A DNA stretch of 64,000 nt from contig CAWETI010000002.1 in NCBI GenBank assembly GCA_963812015.1, positions 288,001 through 352,000 of the forward strand, given 5' to 3'. Position 1 is the first letter of the stretch; every line of letters begins with the position of its first letter. Positions 31,796 to 40,887 of this stretch are shown here, one piece after another. This DNA comes from an uncultured delta proteobacterium. Its GTDB lineage: Bacteria; Desulfobacterota; Desulfobaccia; Desulfobaccales; 0-14-0-80-60-11. The position numbers and the translations under genes were made by a program. The notes beneath the pieces are model-generated. The model was not told the DNA's origin. It worked only from the letters and a program-made list of their open reading frames with translations, and ran no database searches.

Positions 31796-31995
31796 GATAG
31801 GTTGAACCTTTGGCCCTTGAGTAAGTATGATGCGACATTAAGCAGCGGCAACATCTGGTGAGCAACCCTTGCGCGCCGCCTGTAAGGTTGGGCTGCTAAC
31901 CGCGGGACCGGCACTGGGCCTCATACCAACCCCAGGTGTCAAACCGTAACCAGCAAGGCTTTAATCCTTTTTCGGGTATGCACCCGAGGAAACAA

Positions 31996-32039
31996 TAAAA
32001 AGCCGGGTTGCCTGTGCTTCACTTGCAGGCAACCCGGCT
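31996..32039 (-). terminator. Intrinsic terminator overlapping the riboswitch 3' strand
   Basis: AGCCGGGTTGCCTG...CAGGCAACCCGGCT followed by TTTT. Confidence 0.85.
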
Positions 32040-32102
32040 ATCTCCTGCTCAGAGATCCGTGGCTTTCCGTCCCCAGCTCACACTGGGTTTGGCTTTATCT
32101 GT
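32025..32102 (-). promoter_or_regulatory. c-di-GMP-I (GEMM) riboswitch
   Basis: AAAGCCAAACCCAGT-GTGA-GCTGGGGACGGAAAGCCACGGATC..GATAGCCGGGTTGCC fits the GEMM-I consensus. Confidence 0.9.
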
Positions 32103-32424
32103 AGGATGTTGAGATCTTATCTGAGATTATCCGGGACCTGCCTCACAGAGGTTATTCCCGACAAGTTTCCTTTTTTGCCGTCGAGATGTCTAAGCTGAAC
32201 GATAGTAGCATAAAATTCCATGAATTTGTCAACCAACCAGCCAAAATATATTAATTTTTCAGCCTACCCTTAAGACCCCAGATACTTCACTGCTGTGAGC
32301 GTGCAGACTTCGGGCTAGTAGCGCCCGGTAATGGTTGGCCAATGGGAAAAATCTTATGCGACATATGTTATTCCCTGAGAAGCCCCAGGAGGAGCAATTG
32401 TGCGCCAGATGCTTGTGTCGCTCA

Positions 32425-32525
32425 CTTGCCAGGACCAGCAATTATCAAATGCGTCGGGGAAAATTGCAGATATGATCCGGATATGGGAAGTTTTTGGAGC
32501 TGTGATAAGTTTCGGACCATAGCAG
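32425..32525 (+). repeat. Full copy of the ~100-bp recurrent site
   Basis: CTTGCCA..TTATC..GAAAATTGCAGATATGATCCGGATATGGGAAGTTTTTGG..GTGATAAGTTTCGGACCATAGCAG. Confidence 0.85.
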
Positions 32526-32609
32526 CTATCGCGCGTTGTTTCTTCGCGCATTCGCAATTTGAAAGTATCTTGATGCTGCCTTATTCTTTGTCGCCTGACA
32601 TTCCGTGAC

Positions 32610-34049
32610 TCAAGGGCCCTTGGCCCCGTCGGTCAGCCGTTGCAACCGCCTCTCCACGGTGGGGGGGACCGATGTGAAGTGGATCAGATAACGCCGGCTT
32701 GACTCGTCAAGAGGATGGATCACCTTGGCGTACAACTCCGACTCTTCATCGCCAGCCTCGGCCTCCAACCGGAGCATTATGTTGGCATACGACTCAAGCG
32801 GGCCGGTGACCTCGACTATTGCGCGCCGGGTGGATAGGGATAGCAAGGTTCCAGGATGCAATTTCTCGTCGAGATGCTTGTCGGTCAGACTCATGTAGGA
32901 GAAGGGTATAGGTTCGGCCAGGGTTGTGAAGCTCGCCGCCTCTTCCTTGAGCAAAAGCCCCGGGTGGTCTTCGTGGCCCAACAACTCACGACAATTGAGG
33001 GCCTCCCGCATACCCTTGGCGTGGACTTTGATCTCGTCACCCAGGATGAGGCCCCGTCCAGCGGCGTTTATCAATGTTGGGGAGACGAGCACCTGCCCAC
33101 CGACGGTGAAGCTTTCGATACGCGCCGTCAGGTTGACCGCGCGCCCCACGACTCCGTACTTCGAGCGCTTTGTCGAGCCGATGTTGCCCACCACCACCTC
33201 TCCGGTATGCATGCCTATCCCCATTTCAATTTCGGGCCAACCCATTTGGAAGTTATGTTCGTTTACCCCGCGCATTGCCTTCTGCATCTCAAGGGCACAG
33301 AGGACGGCGCGCTGAGCCGCGTCCGGCATCACCATGGGGGCACCAAAAAGCACGAAGATGGCGTCCCCGATGATCTCATCAATAGTGCCGCTGGTTCGGT
33401 GAATAAGCTCGACCATGGTGGAGAGGTAATGGTTCAATAAGGCAACGACTGCAGTGGCCTCAAGCCGCTCAGCCAGGGCGGTGAACCCCCGCAGGTCGGA
33501 CATCAGTAAGGTAACCTCGCGCTTCTCTCCACCCAGCTTGAGCCCTTCGGGCATGTCGAGGAGCACCCCCACGATGTCGTCGCTCGTGTAACGGCCAAAG
33601 GTCTCCCGGATGAACTGATTGCGACGCTCGAGTTGCTGGTTCAGATTGACGAGTTGGGCGCGGGAGTCCTTCAGTTGCTGAGTCATGGTGTTGAAGGCAA
33701 TGGAGAAGTCCCCCATGAAGTCAACCCTTTGCTCCAGATCACCCCCGGCGATCTGTTGGGTCTTCCAGGTAAGGTGCTTGAGGTTCGATTGAAGGGCCTT
33801 GAAGGATTGGATAATGGCCATGCGGCCCGCCATGGGGCGAATGTCCAATTCTCCCTGGGCGACCTGCGCCATGGATTCGGTGAACAGGGCGAACTCCACC
33901 AGGAAGCGATTCACATAGGTAAGAAGCTGGCGGATCTCATTGTCCGGGAGGTCATCCGGTATAGGGATGGGTTGAGGGACTTTCCCGGTGCGAAGATGAT
34001 GGAACGTTGCGGTAATTTTATCAAGGAGATCCTCTTCAACCTCGATCAT
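32610..34049 (-). CDS. HAMP + class III adenylate/guanylate cyclase with a possible C-terminal PilZ-like domain
   Basis: MSDLRGFT, IGDAI, GEVVVGNIGS and VGRAVNLTARIES. Confidence 0.9.
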   Translation of the reverse strand: MIEVEEDLLDKITATFHHLRTGKVPQPIPIPDDLPDNEIRQLLTYVNRFLVEFALFTESMAQVAQGELDIRPMAGRMAIIQSFKALQSNLKHLTWKTQQIAGGDLEQRVDFMGDFSIAFNTMTQQLKDSRAQLVNLNQQLERRNQFIRETFGRYTSDDIVGVLLDMPEGLKLGGEKREVTLLMSDLRGFTALAERLEATAVVALLNHYLSTMVELIHRTSGTIDEIIGDAIFVLFGAPMVMPDAAQRAVLCALEMQKAMRGVNEHNFQMGWPEIEMGIGMHTGEVVVGNIGSTKRSKYGVVGRAVNLTARIESFTVGGQVLVSPTLINAAGRGLILGDEIKVHAKGMREALNCRELLGHEDHPGLLLKEEAASFTTLAEPIPFSYMSLTDKHLDEKLHPGTLLSLSTRRAIVEVTGPLESYANIMLRLEAEAGDEESELYAKVIHPLDESSRRYLIHFTSVPPTVERRLQRLTDGAKGP

Positions 34050-34058
34050 CTTGGAACC

Positions 34059-34583
34059 TCATTTGGGGTCAACCGTGAAACGACAGACCCTCCCCCCGGT
34101 GCCCCAGCAGTCGACTTCCTTAACGTGGAAGTCCTTCCCCGAATAGGCGAGCAGGAGGCCCGCAATAAATCCTTCATCATAAGTGCAGATCTCCTCCGAG
34201 CACACTGGGATCCCCGAGCAATCAAGATCCTCTGCCACAGTTACTACGAAAGAGCCCTTTTCGTAATCGGCCGATTCGACGCGGAAGATCCCAATGCCGA
34301 GTTCCTTCATCGTGCGCTGGAGATCGGCAAACAGGCCATCCAAGTCCTTATGCTCGGTAAGGATGTTTTTGCAATACTCTTCACCGGCTTTCTTACCAGC
34401 CTCGAAAATAATCCGGTCGGTCTTCTCAACCCCAAATTCCCGGATGAGGAGGTCGCGCAGCGTGAACTGCATCAGGCGGTAAACAGCCACGTGCACCATG
34501 GGGCCGAGATTCGGCCGCCCTTTTTCGATATCGCCCAACATGCTCCATTCGAATTGGCTTTCTTCCCGTTCTTCTTTGAACAT
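34059..34583 (-). CDS. V4R-domain protein
   Basis: EDLDCSG..CTYDEGFIAG..EVDCWGTGGRVCRF. Confidence 0.88.
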   Translation of the reverse strand: MFKEEREESQFEWSMLGDIEKGRPNLGPMVHVAVYRLMQFTLRDLLIREFGVEKTDRIIFEAGKKAGEEYCKNILTEHKDLDGLFADLQRTMKELGIGIFRVESADYEKGSFVVTVAEDLDCSGIPVCSEEICTYDEGFIAGLLLAYSGKDFHVKEVDCWGTGGRVCRFTVDPK

Positions 34584-34706
34584 GTGCTTACTCTCCTCCC
34601 TACGAGATCATAACTATTGATGCCTCGGCGTTTATGTTCTTCCTGGCCTGCCCATTACTATCCTCCCCAGGAATCCGAGACATTGCGGCTCCTCTAAATT
34701 TAAGGT

Positions 34707-34750
34707 TATGGGAGCTTTTTGGCTCTGTGATAAGTTTCGGATCATAGCAG
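34707..34750 (+). repeat. Right half of the recurrent site
   Basis: TATGGGAGCTTTTTGGCTCTGTGATAAGTTTCGGATCATAGCAG. Confidence 0.8.
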
Positions 34751-34761
34751 AACTCTTCTAC

Positions 34762-37386
34762 TTACCCATCCCCGTGCAAGATTAGGCCCGACCAGAAATA
34801 TGGATGAGGTTCCTTGGCCCGCACTGCCTGGCGGGCGACCTTTAATGCCTCAATCTTGGGCTTCCCCTCCTTTAGGGCCTTATAAAAGGTCTCATAAAAC
34901 TTCATGGACTCATCCACCGGGATGTTCCACAGGGCCACCATGACGCTGCGGGCCCCGGCCTGTTGGAAGGCCCGGGCGAAATTCAGCACCCCTTCCCCCT
35001 GCATCACCTGGCCTACCCCGGTCATGCAGGCGGCCAGAGTCACCAGATCCGCATCCAGTTTCAACTGCAACACCTTGCTGAAAGTCAGGAACCCGTCATC
35101 CGGTGGTTTATTTTCTACTTGAGTCAGGACCAGCGTGGGCTCTCGCACCCCGGCAATCTTATCCGCTAAAAACCCGTGGGTGCCGAAGAAGAGATAGCGA
35201 TATTGGCCCAGGCTAGTCTGCCGCACTTTTGTTTCCGTGGCGAAGACATCCAGGAGCACCTGGGGAGGCTGGGGCTTTTCCTGGAAGAGGGCGGCCAGTT
35301 CCAGCACGGTCTGGCGAGTCTCCGGCAGCGGCGGAAACTCCAGCCGCCCCCACCCCTTGTCGGTGGCCGCCATAGTCATAGCCTTTTCCGGCCCCGCACC
35401 CCGGAGTTCCCCCGCCTTCTCCTTGCCTGCCTTATAGGCCAGATAGCGGCTGTTATCCTTGGTGTAGATGCAGTCCCCCAGGGCAAAGAGGGGCTGACCG
35501 GCTTTGGAAGAACCCAAAACCCGGTTCAAGACTAGAATAGCAGCGGACTGAAAATAGGTGACAGGCCAGCGGTCTCCCACCAGGGTGCTTTTGTCCCAGC
35601 CGGCGCCGGCCTGCACCACCAGAGCCTCAAAGGGGAAGGCTCCCAGGGCGCCATCGGGAACGATGATCAGTTTGGTGCCAGGATTCACCCCGACCAGTGC
35701 CGGGGCCAGGATCTCCTGATACAAGGAGGCCGCCTCGCTCACTGAAAAACGGGATAAATCCTCGCGCCGCAAGACGCTTTTCCGAAAAGGCGCCAGCATG
35801 GCCCCCAGGCGCTTTTCCAGGGCCTCCTGCCCCAAAGCCAGCCGGAACACCTGGGTCTTGCCCCCGGGTTCCACCCGGAAAAGATAACTGTCCTTATCAC
35901 CCAGGGCGTACTCCAGCAGCACCTCCCCCGGCTTCAGGGGCAGCTCCTGGGCCTTATACGGTTGGGGATAGGCTAGCGCCGCATACCGGGGTTCCCGGTG
36001 GCGCAGTTCCGTAACCAAGCTATCCATCTCCCGTTGCAAGGCTTCCCTATGGAGTTGGAAATCCTGGGCCGGCTGATCCTTCCGATCCCCTCTTCCCCCC
36101 TTTGACATTATCCGTTCTGCCCTTTGGGCTTCCAGGGTCTGCAAGCGCTCCTGGAGATTTTTCTCCTTAGCCGCCAACTCCGGGGGCAATTGGGGGGCCA
36201 CCCGCGCCGCCCCGGCGGCAAGGGCCTCCAGCAAAGAACGGGCCTTGATTGCTTCAGCAAAATAAAAGGCCGCAGCAGAGAGATCCGGTCCATAAGCTTG
36301 CAAGCCCGCAGGAGCAGGATCGCCTTTCTGGGCCATCTCCGCCAGTAAACCTGTCATACCCTGATAGGCGCGAAAATAGCCACCCAGAACCCCCGACTCG
36401 AAGAAGCTGGTGCGTTCCCCTGAGGTGAGGGCCCGCAACCCTTCGATATTCTTGATGGCCTGCATGAAAGCGGCAGACGCCTCTCCCCGGCTCCCCAACC
36501 CCTGGAGCGCCAACCCTTTTTGCGTATAATAAAGCGCCTGGACTTGGGGGGGGGTCCATGCCAAGGGGACGAGATGAGAGGTTAAGAGGTTCAGGGCTGA
36601 TGCATACTGCCTGGTGGCCAGATAAAGTTCCACCATACCGCGGTGTCCCTCTGGGGGTTGAGCCCGGAGGAAAGTGGATTCGGCCTGGTTATAATCTTTC
36701 TTGACCAGATAGATAAATCCCAGAGTCGTGAGACTGCGTGCGGTCTGTCGGTTTTCTAGTCCTAATGCCTTTTCATTGATCTGCGCGGCGCGTCGGGCCA
36801 AGGGCAGAGCCTGGTCATAGGAACCCTCCTGGCAATAAAGGATCGCTAGATTGTACAAGGCGGACGCAGTCTGCCGGTCTTCCGGCCCCAACGCCTTTTC
36901 GCTGATCCGTAAACCTTGCTGGATCATGAGCAACGCCTTTTCCCGGGCTCCCATCTGTCCATAAAGGTACCCCAGGATTATCTGGCTCTGGGCGGTTTGG
37001 GAGTGTTCGGGCCCCAGGACCTTCTCATTGAGCTGGAAGGCTTTATGGGCCAGGGGCAGAGCCTGATCGAAGAAACCGAGAATAGAGTATAATCTTGCCA
37101 AATGTGCCATACACTTGGCGGTGAGCGGATCTTCTGGTCCCAAGGCCCTCTCGCTGAGACTCAGGGCCTGCTTGTAAGTATTCAGGGCGGTAATGCCAAG
37201 ACCAGCATCCACATCAGCCCAGGCCTTTTTCAGTAATTCCTTGACTTCGGCCGCCTCCGGCTTTTGGCCGGCTACTGGCATCTCCATACCTAAAGTTGAC
37301 TGGGGACTCTTCTTGGCGGCATAGCCGTATGTTCCAAATAAGCCAAAGAGCAAGAGGCAGAAGCAAACAGAGATGAGTCTGACCAT
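34762..37386 (-). CDS. Exported TPR + CHAT (caspase-like) protein
   Basis: Signal peptide, LGPEH/LGPED TPR repeats, IVPDG, THG, LAAC and HPYFWSG. Confidence 0.9.
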   Translation of the reverse strand: MVRLISVCFCLLLFGLFGTYGYAAKKSPQSTLGMEMPVAGQKPEAAEVKELLKKAWADVDAGLGITALNTYKQALSLSERALGPEDPLTAKCMAHLARLYSILGFFDQALPLAHKAFQLNEKVLGPEHSQTAQSQIILGYLYGQMGAREKALLMIQQGLRISEKALGPEDRQTASALYNLAILYCQEGSYDQALPLARRAAQINEKALGLENRQTARSLTTLGFIYLVKKDYNQAESTFLRAQPPEGHRGMVELYLATRQYASALNLLTSHLVPLAWTPPQVQALYYTQKGLALQGLGSRGEASAAFMQAIKNIEGLRALTSGERTSFFESGVLGGYFRAYQGMTGLLAEMAQKGDPAPAGLQAYGPDLSAAAFYFAEAIKARSLLEALAAGAARVAPQLPPELAAKEKNLQERLQTLEAQRAERIMSKGGRGDRKDQPAQDFQLHREALQREMDSLVTELRHREPRYAALAYPQPYKAQELPLKPGEVLLEYALGDKDSYLFRVEPGGKTQVFRLALGQEALEKRLGAMLAPFRKSVLRREDLSRFSVSEAASLYQEILAPALVGVNPGTKLIIVPDGALGAFPFEALVVQAGAGWDKSTLVGDRWPVTYFQSAAILVLNRVLGSSKAGQPLFALGDCIYTKDNSRYLAYKAGKEKAGELRGAGPEKAMTMAATDKGWGRLEFPPLPETRQTVLELAALFQEKPQPPQVLLDVFATETKVRQTSLGQYRYLFFGTHGFLADKIAGVREPTLVLTQVENKPPDDGFLTFSKVLQLKLDADLVTLAACMTGVGQVMQGEGVLNFARAFQQAGARSVMVALWNIPVDESMKFYETFYKALKEGKPKIEALKVARQAVRAKEPHPYFWSGLILHGDG

Positions 37387-37564
37387 ATTATCCTCCCCTG
37401 ACCCTGCTAAGGGAAAATCCGAGGCTTAGCTAATGGCGTGCCGTGGCTTGGAGGCGGAAGCAAAGATATATAGGTCCATTCACCAACTTCTGAAATTCAC
37501 ATTGCCACGAGGAGGTAGGATTGTCAAGAAATGGACCTTTGGTCAAGGTTCCTTGGCTCACCAT

Positions 37565-37664
37565 CTTGCCAGCCCCTGCAGTTATCATCGGGCCGGTAGA
37601 AATTATACATATGGTCTGGATATGGAAGGTTTTTGGCTTCGTGATAATTTTTGGATCATAGCAG
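37565..37664 (+). repeat. Full copy of the recurrent site
   Basis: CTTGCCA..GTTATC..GAAATTATACATATGGTCTGGATATGGAAGGTTTTTGG..GTGATAATTTTTGGATCATAGCAG. Confidence 0.85.
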
Positions 37665-37754
37665 TAACCGCCACTATTCACTCCGCTTAGCCGATCGAGC
37701 ACTTGATCAAAAATGCACTCAGGTTTTCAACGAACGGATTTGGTATGTATCTAG

Positions 37755-38912
37755 TTATAGAAAAAGTTCCTGTATCACTTGGAGGCCACCAATCAAGGCC
37801 AGCAGACCGATAAGATTTGGAGGAGACATCCCACCCAGAGCGCCAAGCACCAACACCGCGGCAGCACCTCCGAAGCGGAAGACCAGGCGAGTTTTCTGAA
37901 TCTTTCTCCGGCTGACGTCAATAATGAGTTGGATACAGCCGATGGATAGTAAAACCAAGGCTGCTGCTCCGCAACTGAGCCAGCGCTCTCCCGCCGGCAA
38001 GGCCAGGTCCTGAGGGCTGGCTACCGCATACTGTACGCCCACGGCGCCGGCCGCCAGACCGATGACCAGGGGGAGATGGGCGTAAAGCCAGCCCTGGTAA
38101 AGCCAGATGCGCCCCTTGGCCCGGGCGACGCGTATGGCGGCGCCGTCAATATTGTCAAAATAGGCCCACCAGAAGGTGAAGGCGAGGCTCAACCCCAACG
38201 CCGCGGTAAGTCCGGACTGGATACTCCAGGCGTGTTTCGTTAAACCCATCACAACCCCCGCGATTGCCTCTCCCAGCACGAAGAGGATAAAGGAGGCGAA
38301 GCGTTCAGGCAGGTGGGCGGCGTGAGGTGCCAATCGAGAGTGGAGTTTTTCCCCGGCCGTCAGAGGGGTGGCGAAATCAATCAGGAGACCGAATCCCCAC
38401 AGGTAAAAACGGAATGGCGTCGGGACCCAGGCCGACACCAACCAGATGGTCGCAGCCGCGCCGAAGCCCAGACCATAGCGTTTCGTCAAGGAGCGGGCGA
38501 CAGGCACCCAGACATGGGCGCCCAGGTATTCTCCCACCAGGATGAAGCGCACCGCGGCATACGAGAGGGCGAAGCCGGCTGAAGCGTGGCCCAAACCGGC
38601 ATGAACATTCACCGCCATGGCTGCGACCGCAAACATCTGGGCGATGATGAACAGGCGTTGTCCCAGATCGTCGGTGTCAAACCGGTCGGCATAAAAGGAC
38701 TGGCCTACCCAGGCCCACCAGACCGGGACGCACAAAAAGGCGAAACCGAGGACTCCGGGGACGGAAAGGCCCTGACTGAGCCCAAAAGTCAATTGGGCCA
38801 CCACCGAGGCAAAGAGCAGGTCATAAAAAAGCTCTAGCCAGGTGGCGTGCCGTTCTTCTTCCGCCCCCTCACCGATGCGCAGCCGCGGCGGTTTCCACAC
38901 TATTTTTTTCAT
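37755..38912 (-). CDS. Low temperature requirement protein A (LtrA) family
   Basis: ATWLELFYDL, WWAW and HLPERF. Confidence 0.9.
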   Translation of the reverse strand: MKKIVWKPPRLRIGEGAEEERHATWLELFYDLLFASVVAQLTFGLSQGLSVPGVLGFAFLCVPVWWAWVGQSFYADRFDTDDLGQRLFIIAQMFAVAAMAVNVHAGLGHASAGFALSYAAVRFILVGEYLGAHVWVPVARSLTKRYGLGFGAAATIWLVSAWVPTPFRFYLWGFGLLIDFATPLTAGEKLHSRLAPHAAHLPERFASFILFVLGEAIAGVVMGLTKHAWSIQSGLTAALGLSLAFTFWWAYFDNIDGAAIRVARAKGRIWLYQGWLYAHLPLVIGLAAGAVGVQYAVASPQDLALPAGERWLSCGAAALVLLSIGCIQLIIDVSRRKIQKTRLVFRFGGAAAVLVLGALGGMSPPNLIGLLALIGGLQVIQELFL

Positions 38913-38947
38913 ATCGGATCAGATCGTTGGCCCAAGCCGCTCTTGGC

Positions 38948-39862
38948 TCATCTCTTGGCGTGTTTGATGAAAATGCCCTCCTGATATTCCTTGAACGCCT
39001 GTTGCAATTCTTCCTGTGTATTCATAACGATAGGACCATACCACGCTACGGGTTCGCCAATGGGCTGGCCCGAGATCAGGAGAAACCGCACCGGGCTGGC
39101 AGGAGCAAAGACTGCCACCTCATCGCCCTCCCCGTAATGGATAATGGTCCGATTGCCGCAGACACACCGGCGGTCAAAATCAAAATAGTTAGACCCTATG
39201 ACTTCATGCGCATAGGCATCCCGCTCGGGGTCGAAATAGCCTTCCCCCTCTATGACGTAGGCAAAGGCCGTATGGCCCCGCCGGATTGGATGATGGAACT
39301 CGGCTCCAGCCGGCACCAAGACATCGAGGTATTCCGGGTCCGTGACAATATCCTTGACCGGTCCCCGAGTTCCGTTAACTTGCCCGCAAATGATCTTCAC
39401 CTTGACGCCCTGAGTTAAAGAGACCTCGGGAATCTGGGCGGCCTTCACGTCCCGGTAGCGGGGTTCCATCATCTTGCGGGAGGCCGGAAGATTGGCCCAG
39501 AGCTGGAAGCCGTACATGCGACCTCGGGTATCCCCCTTGGGCATCTCCTGGTGGATGATTCCGCTGCCTGCCGTCATCCACTGCACGTCTCCCGGGGTGA
39601 TTACCCCCTTGTTGCCCATGCTGTCGCCATGTTCCACTTCTCCAGCCAGGATGTAGGTAATCGTTTCAATCCCCCGGTGTGGATGCCAAGGAAAACCCTT
39701 TAGATAGTCGGTGGGATCATCCCCGCGAAAATCGTCCAGGAGGAGAAAAGGGTCGAATTGGGGCACTTGGTCGTACCCGAAGGCCCGCCGGAGGCGGACC
39801 CCAGCGCCTTCCATTGTGGCCCTGCTTTGCCACACCTTGTTAATTTTTCTTATCTTGGCCAT
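38948..39862 (-). CDS. Pirin family protein
   Basis: DPFLLLD, HPHRGIETIT and MTAGSGIIHQE. Confidence 0.95.
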   Translation of the reverse strand: MAKIRKINKVWQSRATMEGAGVRLRRAFGYDQVPQFDPFLLLDDFRGDDPTDYLKGFPWHPHRGIETITYILAGEVEHGDSMGNKGVITPGDVQWMTAGSGIIHQEMPKGDTRGRMYGFQLWANLPASRKMMEPRYRDVKAAQIPEVSLTQGVKVKIICGQVNGTRGPVKDIVTDPEYLDVLVPAGAEFHHPIRRGHTAFAYVIEGEGYFDPERDAYAHEVIGSNYFDFDRRCVCGNRTIIHYGEGDEVAVFAPASPVRFLLISGQPIGEPVAWYGPIVMNTQEELQQAFKEYQEGIFIKHAKR

Positions 39863-40091
39863 GGATATCCCTCTGGTTGATACCGCTTGACATGCTTGCG
39901 GAGAAAGTTGTGCATCAGGTCGGTTATCTAACCGCCATCATTCTGCTCGAGCGGTCGTAGGTGATTAGTCTGCGAGATTACCCACCTCAATTGACACCCG
40001 GTTCCTCCAAACAATCGATCTGTCTTTAAGTTAAGATGGCCAAGGACATGGGTCAACTCACCCATTATTTAGGCGAAGACACGGTCGATAT

Positions 40092-40306
40092 CTTGCCAGA
40101 TCATGCAGTTATCATCGGACGGGCAGAATTTATAGATATGATCCGCATATCATATGGGGGCAACAGTGGGGAGGAAGATTTCAGATGTCGGTGATGGGGA
40201 AACGCCAGTTTACCGGCGGGAATGGCAGGAATCCTTCAGGCCAAAAAGGCTTGATATCCTCTGGATATGTAAAGTTTTTAGAGCCGTGATAAGTGTCGGA
40301 TCATAG
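40092..40306 (+). repeat. Recurrent site split by ~110 bp (left half 40092-40150, right half ~40254-40306)
   Basis: Left half matches the 37565 copy; right half matches the 15471 copy. Confidence 0.8.
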
Positions 40307-40490
40307 ATGCTATGAAAGGTTTCTTGCGCTGGCCTCCTGATATAAAAGGTGAAGTTTCGCCAGAAAAGACAAAGAGAGGAGGCTGACCATGGACCACAAG
40401 CAGGGAAAGCAGGTCAGAGAACAGAGCGCCCAGGGGCCAGTTTTGTACGTGGCCTTCGAACTGGCAAAGCATGGAAGATGGCAAGGGCAC
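40307..40490 (+). mobile_element. IS110-family 5' remnant
   Basis: GGAGG RBS, ATG 40389, VLYVAFEL then frameshifted AWKMA, resembling the IS110 RuvC N-terminus. Confidence 0.55.
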
Positions 40491-40533
40491 AGAGGCGGGG
40501 GAAAGTTTTCTCGGTGATGCAGAGGCGGTCCAC

Positions 40534-40806
40534 CTATTCCATTTCAAATGTACGAGTTTCCCCCATATCTTGGTCATAGACTTCGACATCAACAGATGAG
40601 CCATTCCTCTGGATTGAATCCACATCTCCATATCGATATTCGCCCTTATCATAATCATAAAATTCAATTTCTTGCCCGGGTCGGACCAGGTTCCCTTTCT
40701 CAATCTCAACGGAAGTGCCATTTTCATAGTCGTATCCATCCCATGCGAGGACTGGGACAGAACACACAAGCCAGAGAAGAGCGACAGAAATAGCAATTCT
40801 TATCAT
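40534..40806 (-). CDS. Small exported acidic protein (DUF5334-like)
   Basis: Signal peptide, then WDGYDYE..VEIEKGNLVR; GGAGG RBS. Confidence 0.7.
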   Translation of the reverse strand: MIRIAISVALLWLVCSVPVLAWDGYDYENGTSVEIEKGNLVRPGQEIEFYDYDKGEYRYGDVDSIQRNGSSVDVEVYDQDMGETRTFEME

Positions 40807-40887
40807 CGTTTGACCCTCCTTTCTTTTTTCCTTGGATTGATCGAGGTAGCCGTTGCAAGAGGTTTGGCCGGGTTGCCCTAAGCCTCC

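Noticed and set aside
32259..32608. Short ORFs overlapping recurrent sites (also 37430-37702 and 21701-21895)
   Set aside because: Their similarity comes from the non-coding repeat; there is no consistent frame or RBS across copies.
14473..40306. Recurrent site as a CRISPR array or classical integron attC
   Set aside because: Copies are kilobases apart, there are no cas genes, and GTTRRRY/RYYYAAC ends were not seen.
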